From positions 32,001-96,000 of IMG/VR virus record IMGVR_UViG_3300028833_000067: DNA of 64,000 nt; one strand, written 5' to 3'. Both the position numbers and the translations under genes were made by a program. Below the pieces are notes generated by a model. The model saw nothing but the letters and a program-made list of their open reading frames with translations, made no database searches and was not told the origin of the DNA. Positions 1 to 14,200 of this stretch are shown piece by piece (position 1 is the first letter of the stretch; the number at the start of each line of letters is the position of its first letter). Source of the stretch: a virus. Its lineage: Duplodnaviria; Caudoviricetes.

Positions 1-3000
1 GTAGTAGGACTATTTGGGTCTTGTGTATCTTTCTTATAATAGACATAATATAGTTCCTTTAATGAACCTTTAGCACTAGTTGGACTTTTAATAGTAGAAA
101 CACCATTTTTATTATAATAATTAATATAGTAATGATATATAATTTGTCCCTATGGGCAATATTTCTGCTCTTGAGTAATTACATATTTGTTTTTAATATT
201 GGAAGGATATGTGGTTGATTTAGCATTATCTTTAAAAATATCAATCTAATCTGTTACACCCTTTGCAGAAGTGGGCGCGCTAATTGGAGTATCACTAGTA
301 TAATATGTATAATAACTACCAGTTTTATTTCGCTTAAACAAACCTTTTACCTTATCTAAATTGCCATATTCATCATAAACAAAAATGCCGCCTGTTATTT
401 CACTACTATTAAAGAAACTTGCGCTTTCAGCAGAAATAACCGCGTCTATAGTTTTACCAGCCATATCCTTTATATCCGCTTTATCTTTTCCTGTGATATT
501 ATTTGAAGAAGGATAAGTAGTATTACTTTTATACTTACTAATTTCCCAAGCTGTATAATATTTATAATCCTTTGACATATTATCTACATAAGGAAAATAA
601 GTAGTCCATTGATTTATTTCATCAGTAGTATAAATTTTAGTCTCATTATTTTTTACCTTATTATAGGTTAAAACCTTTGGCGAACCAGTTGTTAAATAGT
701 ATAACTTACGTAAATTGGTAATATAATCTGCCGTAGTATTAGCATGGTATCCATATTTATGAGCATTATATTCAATTGTAGTAAAGCCATTTCGTTGTTG
801 ATGGGTAATTTTTTTAATAATATAAAATCCATTAGATAATTTATTATCAGTCTTAATTTCTGCCCACTCATATTTATTGCCTTTTTTTATTCCAATATAT
901 AAAGTAATTGTCGAGATATCTTTGTTTTCATCATCTTTTATAAGCTAATAAACCTCTCCTACCATTACATTATTATTGTTTAATGATGTTTTTTTATCTA
1001 TGGTTCCCTTATATTCTAGTATAGGAACCCATATCGTGCCAGAAACAAGTTCCTACATCTTATTATCGCCCGGCACAGAATTATTAGTATTATTTATATA
1101 ATTACTTTCATCTATGGCGCTAAAACGAATTCCATATTGTACAGTATCAAAGCTGGTAGTATGATATTCCTTATATAATTTTAAAGTCTCAGGCTATACT
1201 CCCATACACTTCTCATTCTAATTAAACTACACATAATATGTATCATACTTAGAATTAGAAGAATCTTTCATTAAAGCCATAACTTCAGGATTACGATAAT
1301 CTCGTGTAATAAAACCATCACTATCGCCATCGGCACTATCAAGCCCCGTAATAAAAGCCATATTTTCTGTAATTCTTTCTTCATCTAATTTAATTGACTC
1401 TTCTAGAACTTTATTCTTAGCTTTTACTTCTACTAAGACATCACTAAGATTCTTCTAAGCATTCTATAATGGCTCTAATTGGCTATTTAATTTACGCATC
1501 GTTTTTTCGTATTCTGAAATCTCATTATACTATTCCTCACTAATAGTCCCAATATCATGTAAGTAATCAAAATTCATTACATAATCTTCTTTAGTCTTAT
1601 TAGCTTCACTATCCATAATATTAATAGTTCCAGTATATAAATCTGGCGCGTCTACCGAACGCACAAACATTTTAGTAGAAATATCAGTGCTATCCATTTC
1701 TCTTGTAATTTTAGACGCAGAATTAGGATACATTAAAGTTTCTACATTTTCTCTTTCCTTTAAGAAATTATTATAGAATACAATAATGCGCCCAATTATA
1801 TTATAATTCCTATCATATAGATATTCATAGCGGCAAAAAACTTCAAATTTTTCCGCTAAATCCTAAGTTATATTATATAAGTTGCTTTCTTTTAAATCAA
1901 CTACGCGAGTCATTTCCTATAATTGAGAATAAGACGCGGGCTAACAATCATCTGTCCAGCTGTCAACATAACTTTCTACATAAATTTTATCTTCAACTAC
2001 CTCACTAGTATTAAATAAACTATCATGAGATATACGAATGTCATAATACCACTCTGTAGGATTCAATTTATTAGAATCTATTATTCCATTTGTCTTTGGA
2101 ACTGGTTTAATACGCGCACCATTCGCATAGTCTTCCATCCAATACTATAAATTACATATAGGCTATGCTGCAGCTTTCGCTTCTGCATCAGCATAAGTTT
2201 TATCAGTACCAACTTCAGCTTCCTGCCATTCATTATAAGCATTGTAAAATCCTTCAGCGGTTAAAGCACGTTTATAACCAACTTTTCCTAATTCATGAAA
2301 AGCCAATCCTTCGCAACTAACAGTACATATTAAATTATCCTATTCATGACTTTCTTCGACTTTAGTAATAAGAAATTCAAATACATTTGAAGTAAAATTC
2401 TTATAATAATTCAAATCGTCTGAAGAGAATATATCCCCTGTTGCTTTTAATTGTTCATATTCGTCTGCTAATACATGTAACTATTGAGCCCAAACTGCTT
2501 CTTTTTCAATGGTAGTATCCGTATCATATTTAGCACGAATAATCAAACCCTATGTATCCTTTAATAACAAATCTTCAATATTAGTAGGGTCTTTTTGTAC
2601 TAGCGTATCAACATATGCTGCTAATCCGCTCGTATCTATCGTCCCATTTGAACTCATAGTATATAATAAGTTCTATCCATTTTGAGGTATTGGTGTAAGA
2701 GATACAATCATATTTCCAATAGTATAGGTAGTAGTTAATAAAGTGAAATAACTGCCGTCCGCATTATGAATAATAGGACGATTCCATAAATCTACATTTC
2801 CATTTGCTGTATTAAAATATTCAATAATTTTAATTTTCTATTGAACGTTTGCGTCTTTTTCAGCCCATTTATTAAAAATAACTTTTACTTTCCGCATACT
2901 AGTTAAAATATTTCTATTTATTTCTTGCGTTTCTCCCAACTCATCCTAATAGTTTGAACCATAGTAAATATTATGTGTACTATACCAATTCGGATTTTCT

Positions 3001-3242
3001 ACTTTTTTCCCATTTATAAATAAATACATAGGTACTTCAAAAGTAAAATTTGATGTACCATCAATATTCAATTCCATTTTTGCGTTTTGAATCTATCCAG
3101 TAGCCCTTGCCTGCGACCAAACGATCGCAGGCAAGTTCTCACCGGAAATAGAAATTGGATCACCACTTTTTAAAGTGGCGATATAATTATCTTGAATTGT
3201 CCATACAGATACTTCATAGTTTCTAAATTTTTTCCAATCCAT
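1..3242 (-). CDS. Tal-like/baseplate hub tail protein, >1080 aa, truncated at window edge (TAG=Gln)
   Basis: ATG at 3242 with AAGGAGG RBS. Track fragments 246-578, 1530-1733 and 1941-2138 are in one frame and each ends at TAG. N-terminus includes MELNIDGTSNFTFEVP. Lies directly after the Dit-like gene. Confidence 0.7.
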
Positions 3243-3266
3243 AGATACTTCCTCCTTTTATCTCCA

Positions 3267-5243
3267 TTATAAGTACATATATTTATATTCTAATTGTATA
3301 TGAGAAATAGGGGCTGGCAGATTGTGGAATAGACAATGTGAATAAGTTTTAGTTATTTCATTTGTTTCTTCCCATCTGGATACTCTACCTTCACTATTAA
3401 ATTCATTTTGGTCTTCTATATATAGCCAATTGGAGCGTAGCATATCTCCTACATTTTCTGTATGAGTTTTAAAATATTTTTCTTTATCTGCGCTTGTAGC
3501 GCCATCGCGTAGAACGTTATTCTCTATATTATTATCCTTTGCTACAATTTTATCAATTATATTAGTAGTACTACTATCCGATTGCCAATACTAAAACTCA
3601 CCAGTTGCTATTCCTCTTTCTGCATCAAAAGTAAAGCTCATTGAAGAACTGGGAACATTATCCCATCCGCTTATGCCATCATCCGTTGTATGGCCATTAA
3701 AGAATCTACGTAATAATTTTCTAAAAGCATATACACCAGTCCCAGCAAACTATCCATTTTCTTTAAAATATTTATAATATTTTGTTAAGGCTAAATTTGG
3801 ATTGTTATCTATATTATTGCTGTCAGATTTATTATTCTTCTATAAAAACTCCATAATAGAAATAGTAAATGCTCTAACCGCAGGATGCCTAATCTAATCA
3901 CGTAGTGTATCAACAAAATCTCGCCAATTTGGTTTATCGTCATCAGTCATTTTCCCAACTGCCTTAATCAGCGAGAGAGCCTTATTCCAACTAGTAATTA
4001 TATTAGGAGTAGTAAAATCAAATTCTTTAGTATGCTAACTCATAATTGTAATTGTAGAATAATCTTTAGCATTACTATTCCCTTTCTCAATATTAGCAAT
4101 TGAATTAGCAATTGTATTAATAGGGTTAACTTCATTATTCTCTACACTAATCTAAATAGGTACTGTAAACTTCAAAATAGTAGGACTTGGCGCATTGCCG
4201 CCATAGAAAAAGTAATATTTATTATCAGAACCCGCGTATAATTCGCCTTCTATTGCATATTGATTTGTTTCATATTCTAATGATGCCCCAGCAATGCGGC
4301 CTTGTGCAACAGCAACATGTGGTTTGTTTTCTTCAATTCGTGCGCCTATCCAATATTGTATTTCTCCATTTTCTTCTGTTATAAAATGTCCCAAAGTATT
4401 ATCTTTCCAGTTGCTAGGACGAGTACTGCCATAATTCTACGCAATTAAAGAATAAGCAACACTACTCTGTACTTGTGCAAACTATGTACCACCAAAATGC
4501 ATAGTCGAAGATACTAAATCCTATATTGGAACAGTATCTTCATAAGCAATTTTTAATGCTTCAGTTAAGCTATCAGAAGGCTATCCGCCTATCTCAAAAC
4601 CCGAAGGCAATGTAATAAAACCAGTTTCTTTATCACGAGTAAATAAATTACTTTTACCATACCAAAATGAGGAATCTGAGACAAAATCTAAATTAATAAA
4701 TCCTCGATAAGTAGTTGTACTTGTATTGAAACTCTAGCCCCCTAATTGGACTTGAATTTTTTTCTCAAACGGCATAAGATTATCTAATTCCGGCGGCGCC
4801 GATACTCGCGCCATAATAGCACGATTAGGATGCTCTGCTAAAATCAATTCACGCGTAACTCCACCGCGGAACCAGTGTAAAAATCTATCTAATTGCCGCT
4901 AATCTAAATCATCAGATACGAGTTTTAAACTTAAAGTGAAAGGAGAGAAGTGAGTTCCATGATAATACTGCCCATCCATTATATCATAGTCAGTAGTTAA
5001 ATCTTGAAATTCTGAATATCCATTACGAGAAATTCCATCTCCATCACTACAAGCAATTAAATCAAAATCTTCTATCTTTTTTCCGCCAAAAGAAAAGCTT
5101 ATAAAGGAGCGCTGACGCGCGGGGAGGAGAACCTCCCCGCGATGCGTCACCTAATAAACCTAAGTATGTCTAACTGCTTCATTTATAATATTTGATGTAC
5201 TAACACCATTTAAACTCCCATAATCTGCGTATATTGTTGCCAT
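3267..5243 (-). CDS. Distal tail (Dit)-like protein, 658 aa (TAG=Gln)
   Basis: ATG at 5243 with AGGAGG, TAA at 3267. Fragments 4152-4394 and 4899-5150 are in frame. N-terminus SFISFSFGGKKIEDFDL...DGQYYHG, C-terminus EYKYMYL. Immediately downstream of the TMP. Confidence 0.75.
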
Positions 5244-5248
5244 CGCCT

Positions 5249-8200
5249 TTACCTCCTTACGCTATTGTTAGCTTTTGTCTTGGAAGCAATGCGAAGCATT
5301 TCATCCATTACTGTACGAGCTGCCTAGCGTGAATCATAGTCATTAGCAAGCTTATCAATATGAAGATTAACTTCTGCTTTATCAATTTGCATTGTATTAG
5401 AATTATTAGAAATTGAGTCATAAGCATTTGCTGGTAAACCTTGATAAGCCTCGTTGTAGGATTTGAGTAGATTTATTAAGGAATTAGGACGGTTGCTAAG
5501 GATGTTTTCACGAAGGATACGAGTTTGGACGGGGTTGAGGACTGCTTCTGGTTGACCTGTTTCGCCTATTAGAGCATTGGTAGGTTTATCTATTAATCCA
5601 CCAGATCCCATTACCATCATTTTTCTTGTCGTCAATCTACCTGGTTTTGTGGTTGTAGCAATGTCTGTCGGCTTTATAAGAGCTTTACCAAATGTATCTT
5701 CATTACGTTCATAGTTGCAAATTTTGCATCTTGTACCGTTCCAAACATGAGGTTTTTTATCTTTACTTCCTTTACTACCATCAGAAAAAGTAATAATTTT
5801 CCAATGATACTATTCATCCTTTCCATAAGACTTACCGTCCCATTTTCCTGCGCCCTTGCTCTTCTTACTCTTACCGCTACCTTTACCTTTATCGCTATCT
5901 TTACCTTTATCACCGGTCTTTTTACCATCGTCTTTACCAGGATCAATTTTAATATCTCCAGCTACTTTTTTCCTAATTGCGGCGACATCGCCCGGAATTC
6001 CAGCTCCCTCATCTCTGAAAAGAGCCCATTGCTAAGCTTTAAATATTGTCTAATATAAAGCTTCTTCACTAGCAACTGGTGATTTATCCCAATAGCTAGA
6101 ATCATTTTCATGAATATATCTAGCAATTTCCTAAGGACTTCTACTCATAATATCAGTAACTTCAGCCCAAAGTAATCCATGTTTTTTCTAATACTCTAAT
6201 ATTTCTGTCTCTAATTGAATCTAAGCTTCTAATTTCTCAATCTATTTATCACTCGCGGCTTGAATAGCATCAATCTATTCTTGCTGCTTATCGAAGTATA
6301 AGGAACGTTCCTAATCACTAATCTAATCATTTAGACTTGCGATTTCAGCCGCGGAGCCACCAGAACGAACTAATATATCGCGCTTATTCCGCAATCTATC
6401 TAATTCTTGCTATGAATCAGCTAACTAATACATATTTTGTTCTTTCTGTAATACATCCGTAAGTCCCTTAATATACTTCTCATTTGAACTTGAAATTGCT
6501 TCTTTAGTATCAGTTAATGCGTCAATCGCGCGCTGACGAGTATCAACAATCGCATTATAAATGCTTGTTTCAAGCTCCATCTAATTATCGCGCATTTCCT
6601 TAATTAACTCATTCTATTGCTATTCAAGTTCTTGCTACTTCTTATAGCCTTCCTCAACGGAATCATGTAATGACTACATTTCTTCCTTATCGGTATCAAT
6701 CTTCTCCCAGAAAGCCTTGACCATTGAACTGAAATCTTTACCATCAATTTCTTTACCACTATTATCATACTTCATAAATTCCTTATATTTAGGATTTAAA
6801 GCGATAATAGCTTTATATTGTTCTTCATCAGTCATATTAGGCTTTCCAGTATTCGGATCGCGGCTAGCAATCTTAGAAAGTTTCTCCATCGCGCCAGGTT
6901 TATACTTAAGTTGACCATTCTCATCAAAAGTATATAAAGCAGTAAATGGATTATTTCGAGAGTTCATCTCCGCACGACGCTTATTAAAGTATGCTTCCTA
7001 ACTTTCAGTTAAATCTTTCTAAACAGAAAGCTATTCTTGTAATGCCTCTAAGCTGTCCTTCTGGCTATGGAAGTAATCTCTACCATTTGGCGCCCATTCA
7101 GAGCTTATGCGGTTGCGGTAAGCTTCGTAGTAAGCAATATCCTTTTCTAGCTAAGCGATTCGCTGTAACCAGTTATACCACTTTTCTAGGTCTCTTAGGA
7201 ATTGGCCACCGCCGCCTCCACCGCCGCCACCGCCGCCTTTGCCCATTAAGTCCTCAACGCTTAATTGAGCTAAGGAAGCCCATTGTGCGCGTAATTGCTT
7301 TAATGCGGCTAATGCGGCTGCAGCACTTGCCATTGCAGGCCCGCCATGTATACTACCTTTAGCAAATGCTACTGCATTTTGTTCATTAGTAATTGCGTGA
7401 CCCCGACCCTTAGATGTACCCTTTTCAAGTAAGGATTTTGTTTGTAGATGATTAAATACTATTGCATCATCTGCTAGATTAACCATCTCTGGACCGTTTT
7501 GTCCTGCGACAAAGTAACGGCCGTTGGAAACCACAAGCTCGGGGCCGAGTTCACCCATTAAAGTGCCCTTTGCATTAGCAAGGCCAATATTGCCGGTTGC
7601 CTAAGTTCCTTCAGGAGTACTGCCGCTAGGTATAGTCTTTGGCAGCCCACTTGTATCTGCAATTAACTTAACTTTTGCAGTAAATGGACCAACAAGAGCA
7701 TCTAAAATAGGTTGTACACTTGGTGAAGCTAATGTTACTTTTATATCTTTTAATCCACTTTCAATTGTTGTTTTTGCATCCTTAGCAAGTTCAGGCTTAA
7801 CTGTAACCTAAGCTTCATCAGTAATAAATCTAAATCCTGATATTGAACTAACTTTAGTTCCATCTGGTAATGACCAATCAATATCACCTGTAATAGAAAC
7901 ATGCTACTATAATTGACTAACCTCGCTTCGAAGTGTCTAAAATACCTTTTGCGCTGCATTATTTAACGCATTTAAGTGTGTCGTTATAGAGCCCTATGCC
8001 TATCCAAAACGTTTTTCTAATTCAGAAATTGCGCCACTTGCTCTTGCTACCATTGCCTATATAGTTGCTGGCAAACTAGAACTAGAAATGCTTGTTTCAA
8101 TATCCTTTATAGTTGGCGCTGTTTCTACCATCTAAATTTCTTGCTTAATTGGAGGAAGAGTGGTTTCTGAGAGTTCTGAAACTTTCTATTCAGTCTGCTT

Positions 8201-11200
8201 ACTAAATTTTTCCCAAGGAGGAGTCTACTAAGGTGTATAAAAATCTGATATAGTCTATGGTTTGTATAAATCCTATTTTGGAGGATTTTCAACAGAAGGT
8301 TCATTTGGCGGTTTTACTCCCGTATCTTCATCCTCTACTATAATATTCTTAGCTTTAACCTTAATATCAATTGGGTCTTTTACTTCGAGAGCATCGGCAT
8401 CGAGAGAAATATCGGCGCCTTCAGTAACTACCTTTACTGCTGATGCCGTTGCTTCAACAGTATTCTCTAAAGTTGGGGACTATTTAGCTAATTTTGCTTC
8501 GAATGCTGCAATCTCCTCATCTGTCATGCCTGCTGCATGTGCTTCATCAACATTCACTTTACCATCTACAACATGAATGTCAACTTCAACTTCGGCTTCA
8601 CCTTTACCTTTAATAACTTTCTTTTTAATAGTAAAGGTTTTACCAGAATTACCATTCTCAAGATCCTTTCCAAGTATTGTGTCTAAATAAGCCTATAACC
8701 CGGATAAGCTATCTGAACTATGAACAGTCTTGCCGTCATTATATGTATATTTTGTAGTACCTGCAGTAATATCAATTTCTGCTTCAATTGTATAGCCACC
8801 TGAACGGAACTGCACTGTACGTTTTGCACCGGCATTCTTACCAGAAATATCTTCAAAACCTTCCATAGAAGAAGCCTCAATATATGCCTATGCTGCAGCT
8901 TGTGCACTTTCAGTACTAATATCAAAAGATTGGCCATCTAATTTCAAGGTAGTTTTAATCGTACCATCTTTTTCAATTTGAATTTCAATCTTTGCTTTTT
9001 CAGAAAGAGTAATAATACGACGTCCTGTAGTAGCATCACCTTTTTCCCATTTTCCATTATCTTTTGTATCAAGCTAATTAGCAATTTTCATATAACTATA
9101 CATGGAATCATAATTATCACCAAAATCATGTCCATCATAAACATAATGTGGAGTACCATCATTATAATAACTATATGTTAAGTCTAATCCAATTGCTCTA
9201 GTAACTTGAACAGAATACTCTTTTCCTTTATCTGTAAATGTATAAGTTCCAGTTTCAGTTTGACGTCCTTCTTTTGCTATAAGGCCCATAATAAATTCTT
9301 TAGAACCAGTTCTTTTATTATAAGTATATTGTGGTTCTCCATTATTATCTAAAGAAACCTCAATATCAATACCACTAATAGTAGTCTTACCTTTAATGAC
9401 CTGTTTGCCGTCGTTATTAAGAGCAACTTCAAAATCAAGACCTTTATCTTTATACATTGCAGCTTCGCCCATTAATGCAAGCAATTCCTTATTATTTTTT
9501 CCTTCAAATTTTTTGCCATCAAAATATCCAGTGTAGCCAGTTTTATCATCACCAGATATTACAAATTCATTTGAAGCAATACCAATTAAAGTTCGTAATT
9601 TAATTAATTCTTTACGCTGAATTGTACGTCCTTCATCCTTTTTTGTTTTATATTTATCTAATGCATCCTATATAAATGTTGTATACGCGGCCTAATCCTT
9701 AGCATATTTATTACTACCAAGATAAGTATCTACAGCTTTACGTGCATCTTCATCAGTATAGTCGATTTCAATCGCAGTTTCGCCGACAAATGTTAAGGTA
9801 CGTACTAACTTACCATCTTCCACTACATTAAAGACAAATTCAGATAAATCAACACCGCTCTATTTAAGAACTTTCTGCACACTAGCCCCAATATCATTTA
9901 AATCATAATCCCCAGAAATAGCAGCTTGATACAAACCATTTAACATAGTCTAATATGCTTCCTATGCTTTCTTTTTATCATCATCAGTTAAACCACCAAA
10001 TAAATTATCAAACATTTCCGTTTTTGTTTGGTTGTCACCTAGCATCTCCATCATAGAACGCATTTGACCGTTAAAGTTTATTTGTGTATTTTCAAAACGT
10101 TCTTTTAGTTCATCATTGCCTCTAACATACTCTAATAATTTCTGCCTTGCTTTATCAAAACCATCTGTAAATTCAGTAATTTGATCTAAAACTTCACCAT
10201 TTTCATCAGAGGTAACAAAGATATCTCCCAAATCAATTTGCGTATCCTCACCAGTAATTTCACCTAATTGTTCCATTGCCACAATAATTTCTAACATAGC
10301 AATTAAACCATCAAGCATTTTTACTTGTGATTTGGCCATCGCTTGAATGCCAGAAGTAACACTACTTTGCATCGCGGCGGTGCCAGATTGAATATCAATT
10401 GCGCTATTACGTAAATTAACTTTAAGTTCACCAGTATCAATAGCAGTTAGAGAATCGCAACCTGCTTGAATAGCTTCTGAAGCTGATTTAAGAGAACCGT
10501 CAAACTTAAGCGCACCTAATTGAATTGGCCCGCCAAGCGCGGCAATATTGTTTATTTCGGTGGCAATATTGTACCAGTCTTCATAATCAATAAATCCCGT
10601 TTTGCCTTTCTTAGTTCCACTACCAGCTTTAAAAGCATCGCGTAGAGTATGTAAAGCCTAAGTCCAATTCTTTGCATAATTTAATGGATTCTTTTGTGCA
10701 GCTGGAATTTCATTTGACATAAAGTTAAATGAATTATCTTCGGAGGTAGAACGTACTGCTAAAATCTCTTGAGCTACAGAAAGTTCAGCCTAATATTGCT
10801 ATAAGCGTGCATCAGATACTTCTCTATCTGCACTCTTAATTGCATTAGATACATCTGCAATATGAGCAATTAAGGCTGAAGTAGAAGCAAAGTTTTCATT
10901 TGTTTGTTCTAAAGAATCTTTTAATTTATCAAATACTAGGGTTGCTTGCAAACCATCAACCTGTTTAAGTGCATTATACAATGCAATTGCCGATTGTTCT
11001 GATAATTTTAATCCTTCTGCAGTTTTAGTAAAATCTATATTATTAACGCCTAAATCTTTAGCTTTAGATACTAAATCAGAAGCTTCTACATTAGTCAATC
11101 CACCTTCGATACCACTTGTAATAGCATCAACATATGCTTTAAGAATATTTTTAATTGCATCTGCTAATTCTTGGAATCCATCTTTTAAATCTAATTCTGC

Positions 11201-14200
11201 ACTCGCGGCAGCATCTTTTATAGAATTTGCAATTTCTAATAAATTAGCATTATCACTTAATTTTAATATTCCATTAATAATTTGTGCCCCAAATGGAATT
11301 AATTTGGTATTTAAATCATATAGAGCTGTAGACTGATGCGTTGAACCAGTTTCCCAATTATTTAATTGATTATCTATATCTGTAGCTACATGTGTTACAA
11401 TTTTTTTAGATAACGCATGACTAAAATCACTAAGATTAATCCAATCTCCAGGTTTAGCTTCTTCTAATCCTTTAATTTCTTCTGTAATGCTTTTTTCAGT
11501 TTTATGATTCAATTCAATTAAACCGTCATTAAATGTTTTATACGCACTTAAATATTCTTCAGAATTAAATTCCCAGCCCATACCTTCAGCAAAACGATTA
11601 AAGTCGCGAATACGCATTTTATTACCGCCCATGGCTTCAATAACTTTATCGGTAGTTAGCTATTCCATTAATTCATCAGTCATTTCAATACCAGCATTAG
11701 ATAATATTTCTGCAAATGCAGTATAAGTCATACCAGAAGCATTACCCAGTGCATCAATTGCTGCTTGTTCTGTAGCATTACCATTCTATGTTTCTAAAAT
11801 CTTTGCCTTAGCTTCATTTACTGCTGCTAATGTGGCTTCTCCAGATTTTAGTAACATATCATAATATTTTTGATATACAGAACTAATTTCTTCTAAAGTC
11901 GCAGTAATTACAGCAGTAGTATCATCAATTTCAATATGATATTTTCCGGCTTCATCAACTGCATCAAAAATTGCTTTTGCTTGGCCGCTAATTAAACCGC
12001 CAACACCATAACTTAATTGATCAAATGCATTTTCTAACTAACTAACTTCTGAACGGTATGCTGCTTCAACATCGGATGCTGTTAATTCTTTTCTTTGTGC
12101 TTTTGCGACTGCTCTCATTACTTCAACCGCAGCCGCACCGCCCTATTTAAGCTAATTAATATAATATTCTGATATTTCATCAGTAGTTGCACGAGATGCC
12201 TCATCTGCTGCTCTTCTCATCTCTGCTGGATGAATCTTCTCTGCTTCCTTAGCATCAATGTATGCCTTTCTTGCTTGTTGAAATACTTCATCAGAAGATT
12301 TTAAATAAGTTACTAAAGCATTTTTTAATGTTTTATAAGCCTCTCCATCATTTGATTTATTTTCTGCATCTAAGAAAGCATTAATATCAATATTTTCGGC
12401 TAATTTTTTCTAAACATTATCATTAACATATTTATTTAATTCTTGAGAATCAAGTAAGCCAAGATTTACAAGTTCTTGTCCCTGTGCTTGTACATAAGCT
12501 TGTAATACTTGAGGGTCTAATGTCCAAGCATCTAATATATCATTGTAGTTAAATGCATTATCTAAAGAAATACCAGTTAAATCTTTATATTCCTTTAAAA
12601 ACTTCTACATATCTGCAGTGTTGGTAGTGCCGCTGATAGTATAATTTACAGCAGAAGTTAAATTACTCATATTAGCATCCATAATAGATGCAATTTCTTC
12701 TCCAAATAGCTGATTAATATCTTGGCCCATGCCCTTCATTGCTGCTCGTAAGCTACTAACATTTAATTTCTATTTTCCAGTTACATCTTTAGTAATAAAT
12801 TTATGTAAATCAATTCCTTCAAATTGTGTATTAAAAGCAGCGATTTGCTCATTAGTAATATTAGTATAATTAGAAAGAACATCTTGTAATGCCTTCATTG
12901 ACTTATATTTTTTAGTATCTTCTAAATTATCAATTAATGCTTGTAATGAATTTACTGCTTCTTTATTAGATGGGGATGTTCTTGCTAATTCTTCACGCAG
13001 TTTCTATACGGCTGTATCTCCAGCAATAAATTGTTTGGTATAATCATCCCAGCGATAGCCAAGACTTTCCATAAAACTATCAGTATTTTCTACAGTACGA
13101 TGTAAGGCACTTTGTAATGTCTATGCTGAAGAATATGCAACATTCTCAGCAATTACACCTTTCCATGCTTCATTCTAATTAAATTTAGTTTTCCAAGTAG
13201 CAACTGCAGAGCGTATTGCCGTTGCTTCTTGAGGATTAGATTTAACCCAATTTTCATCAGCTAATTTAGATTCTAAGAGTGTAATATAACCATTAAGTTC
13301 TTTTTCAGTTTGGACTAAAATCGAATCTTCAGTTATACCTAATAAATCTTTAATTTCACTAATATTAATCCTGTCGCCTACTTTTGCACCACTTAAACTA
13401 GAAATCTAACTAGCAGCAGCTTTATCTAAATCTAAATCATTAGCATTGGAGATAAGACTATCAATATAAGCGCGACGGTATTTTTCTTGCGCTGCATGAC
13501 TTAATTTGTCATATTCAATACCAACGCCCTTTAAGAAGGTAATAAAACTATCCCAATCTACAATAGTAGTCTTACCAAAAATATCAGTAGAGAATACCTG
13601 ACTGCTGAGTAGTTTTAATTTCTTAAACTTATCCTCTTTCCATTTACCTGTGCTTTCATCAAAATATTCATCTAATTGAAGACCCATATCACTAAAGGCA
13701 GATTCAATATTACTAAAGTCTAATTGTGAACCCGCAGATAATAAAGTATCTCCAGCTTTCTACTTTTTATAATGTGCAGTAATAAGTTCACCATAGGATT
13801 TATTCCGTTCTGCAAGTGTTAATAAATTATCTTTATTTTTCTGATATAGTGCACGCGCCGCGGCAACATAATCTTGTCCAGCATCTAGTACACCATCTGT
13901 TGCCTTAAGGTCTATCTCTTCTGCTTCACTTAATAAAGCAATGGTAGTATCAGATAGCGCTTTTCCACCGCCTTCAAGTACTTCAGTAATAGCAGTAGCG
14001 ATTTGATCTGAACGAGCCTTACTTTGAGCACCTTTAGATGCCGCGTCCGCGGCTTGACGAGCAGCCTTACGATTACGAGCATCAGCTTCTTTATCTTTAT
14101 CACCTGCTGTAACTGCAGCCTCAATTTCTGCATCTAAGCTATCAAGAGAACCATAAATCTTATTAAGATATGCTTCACGTACTTGTTGCCAAGTATATGA

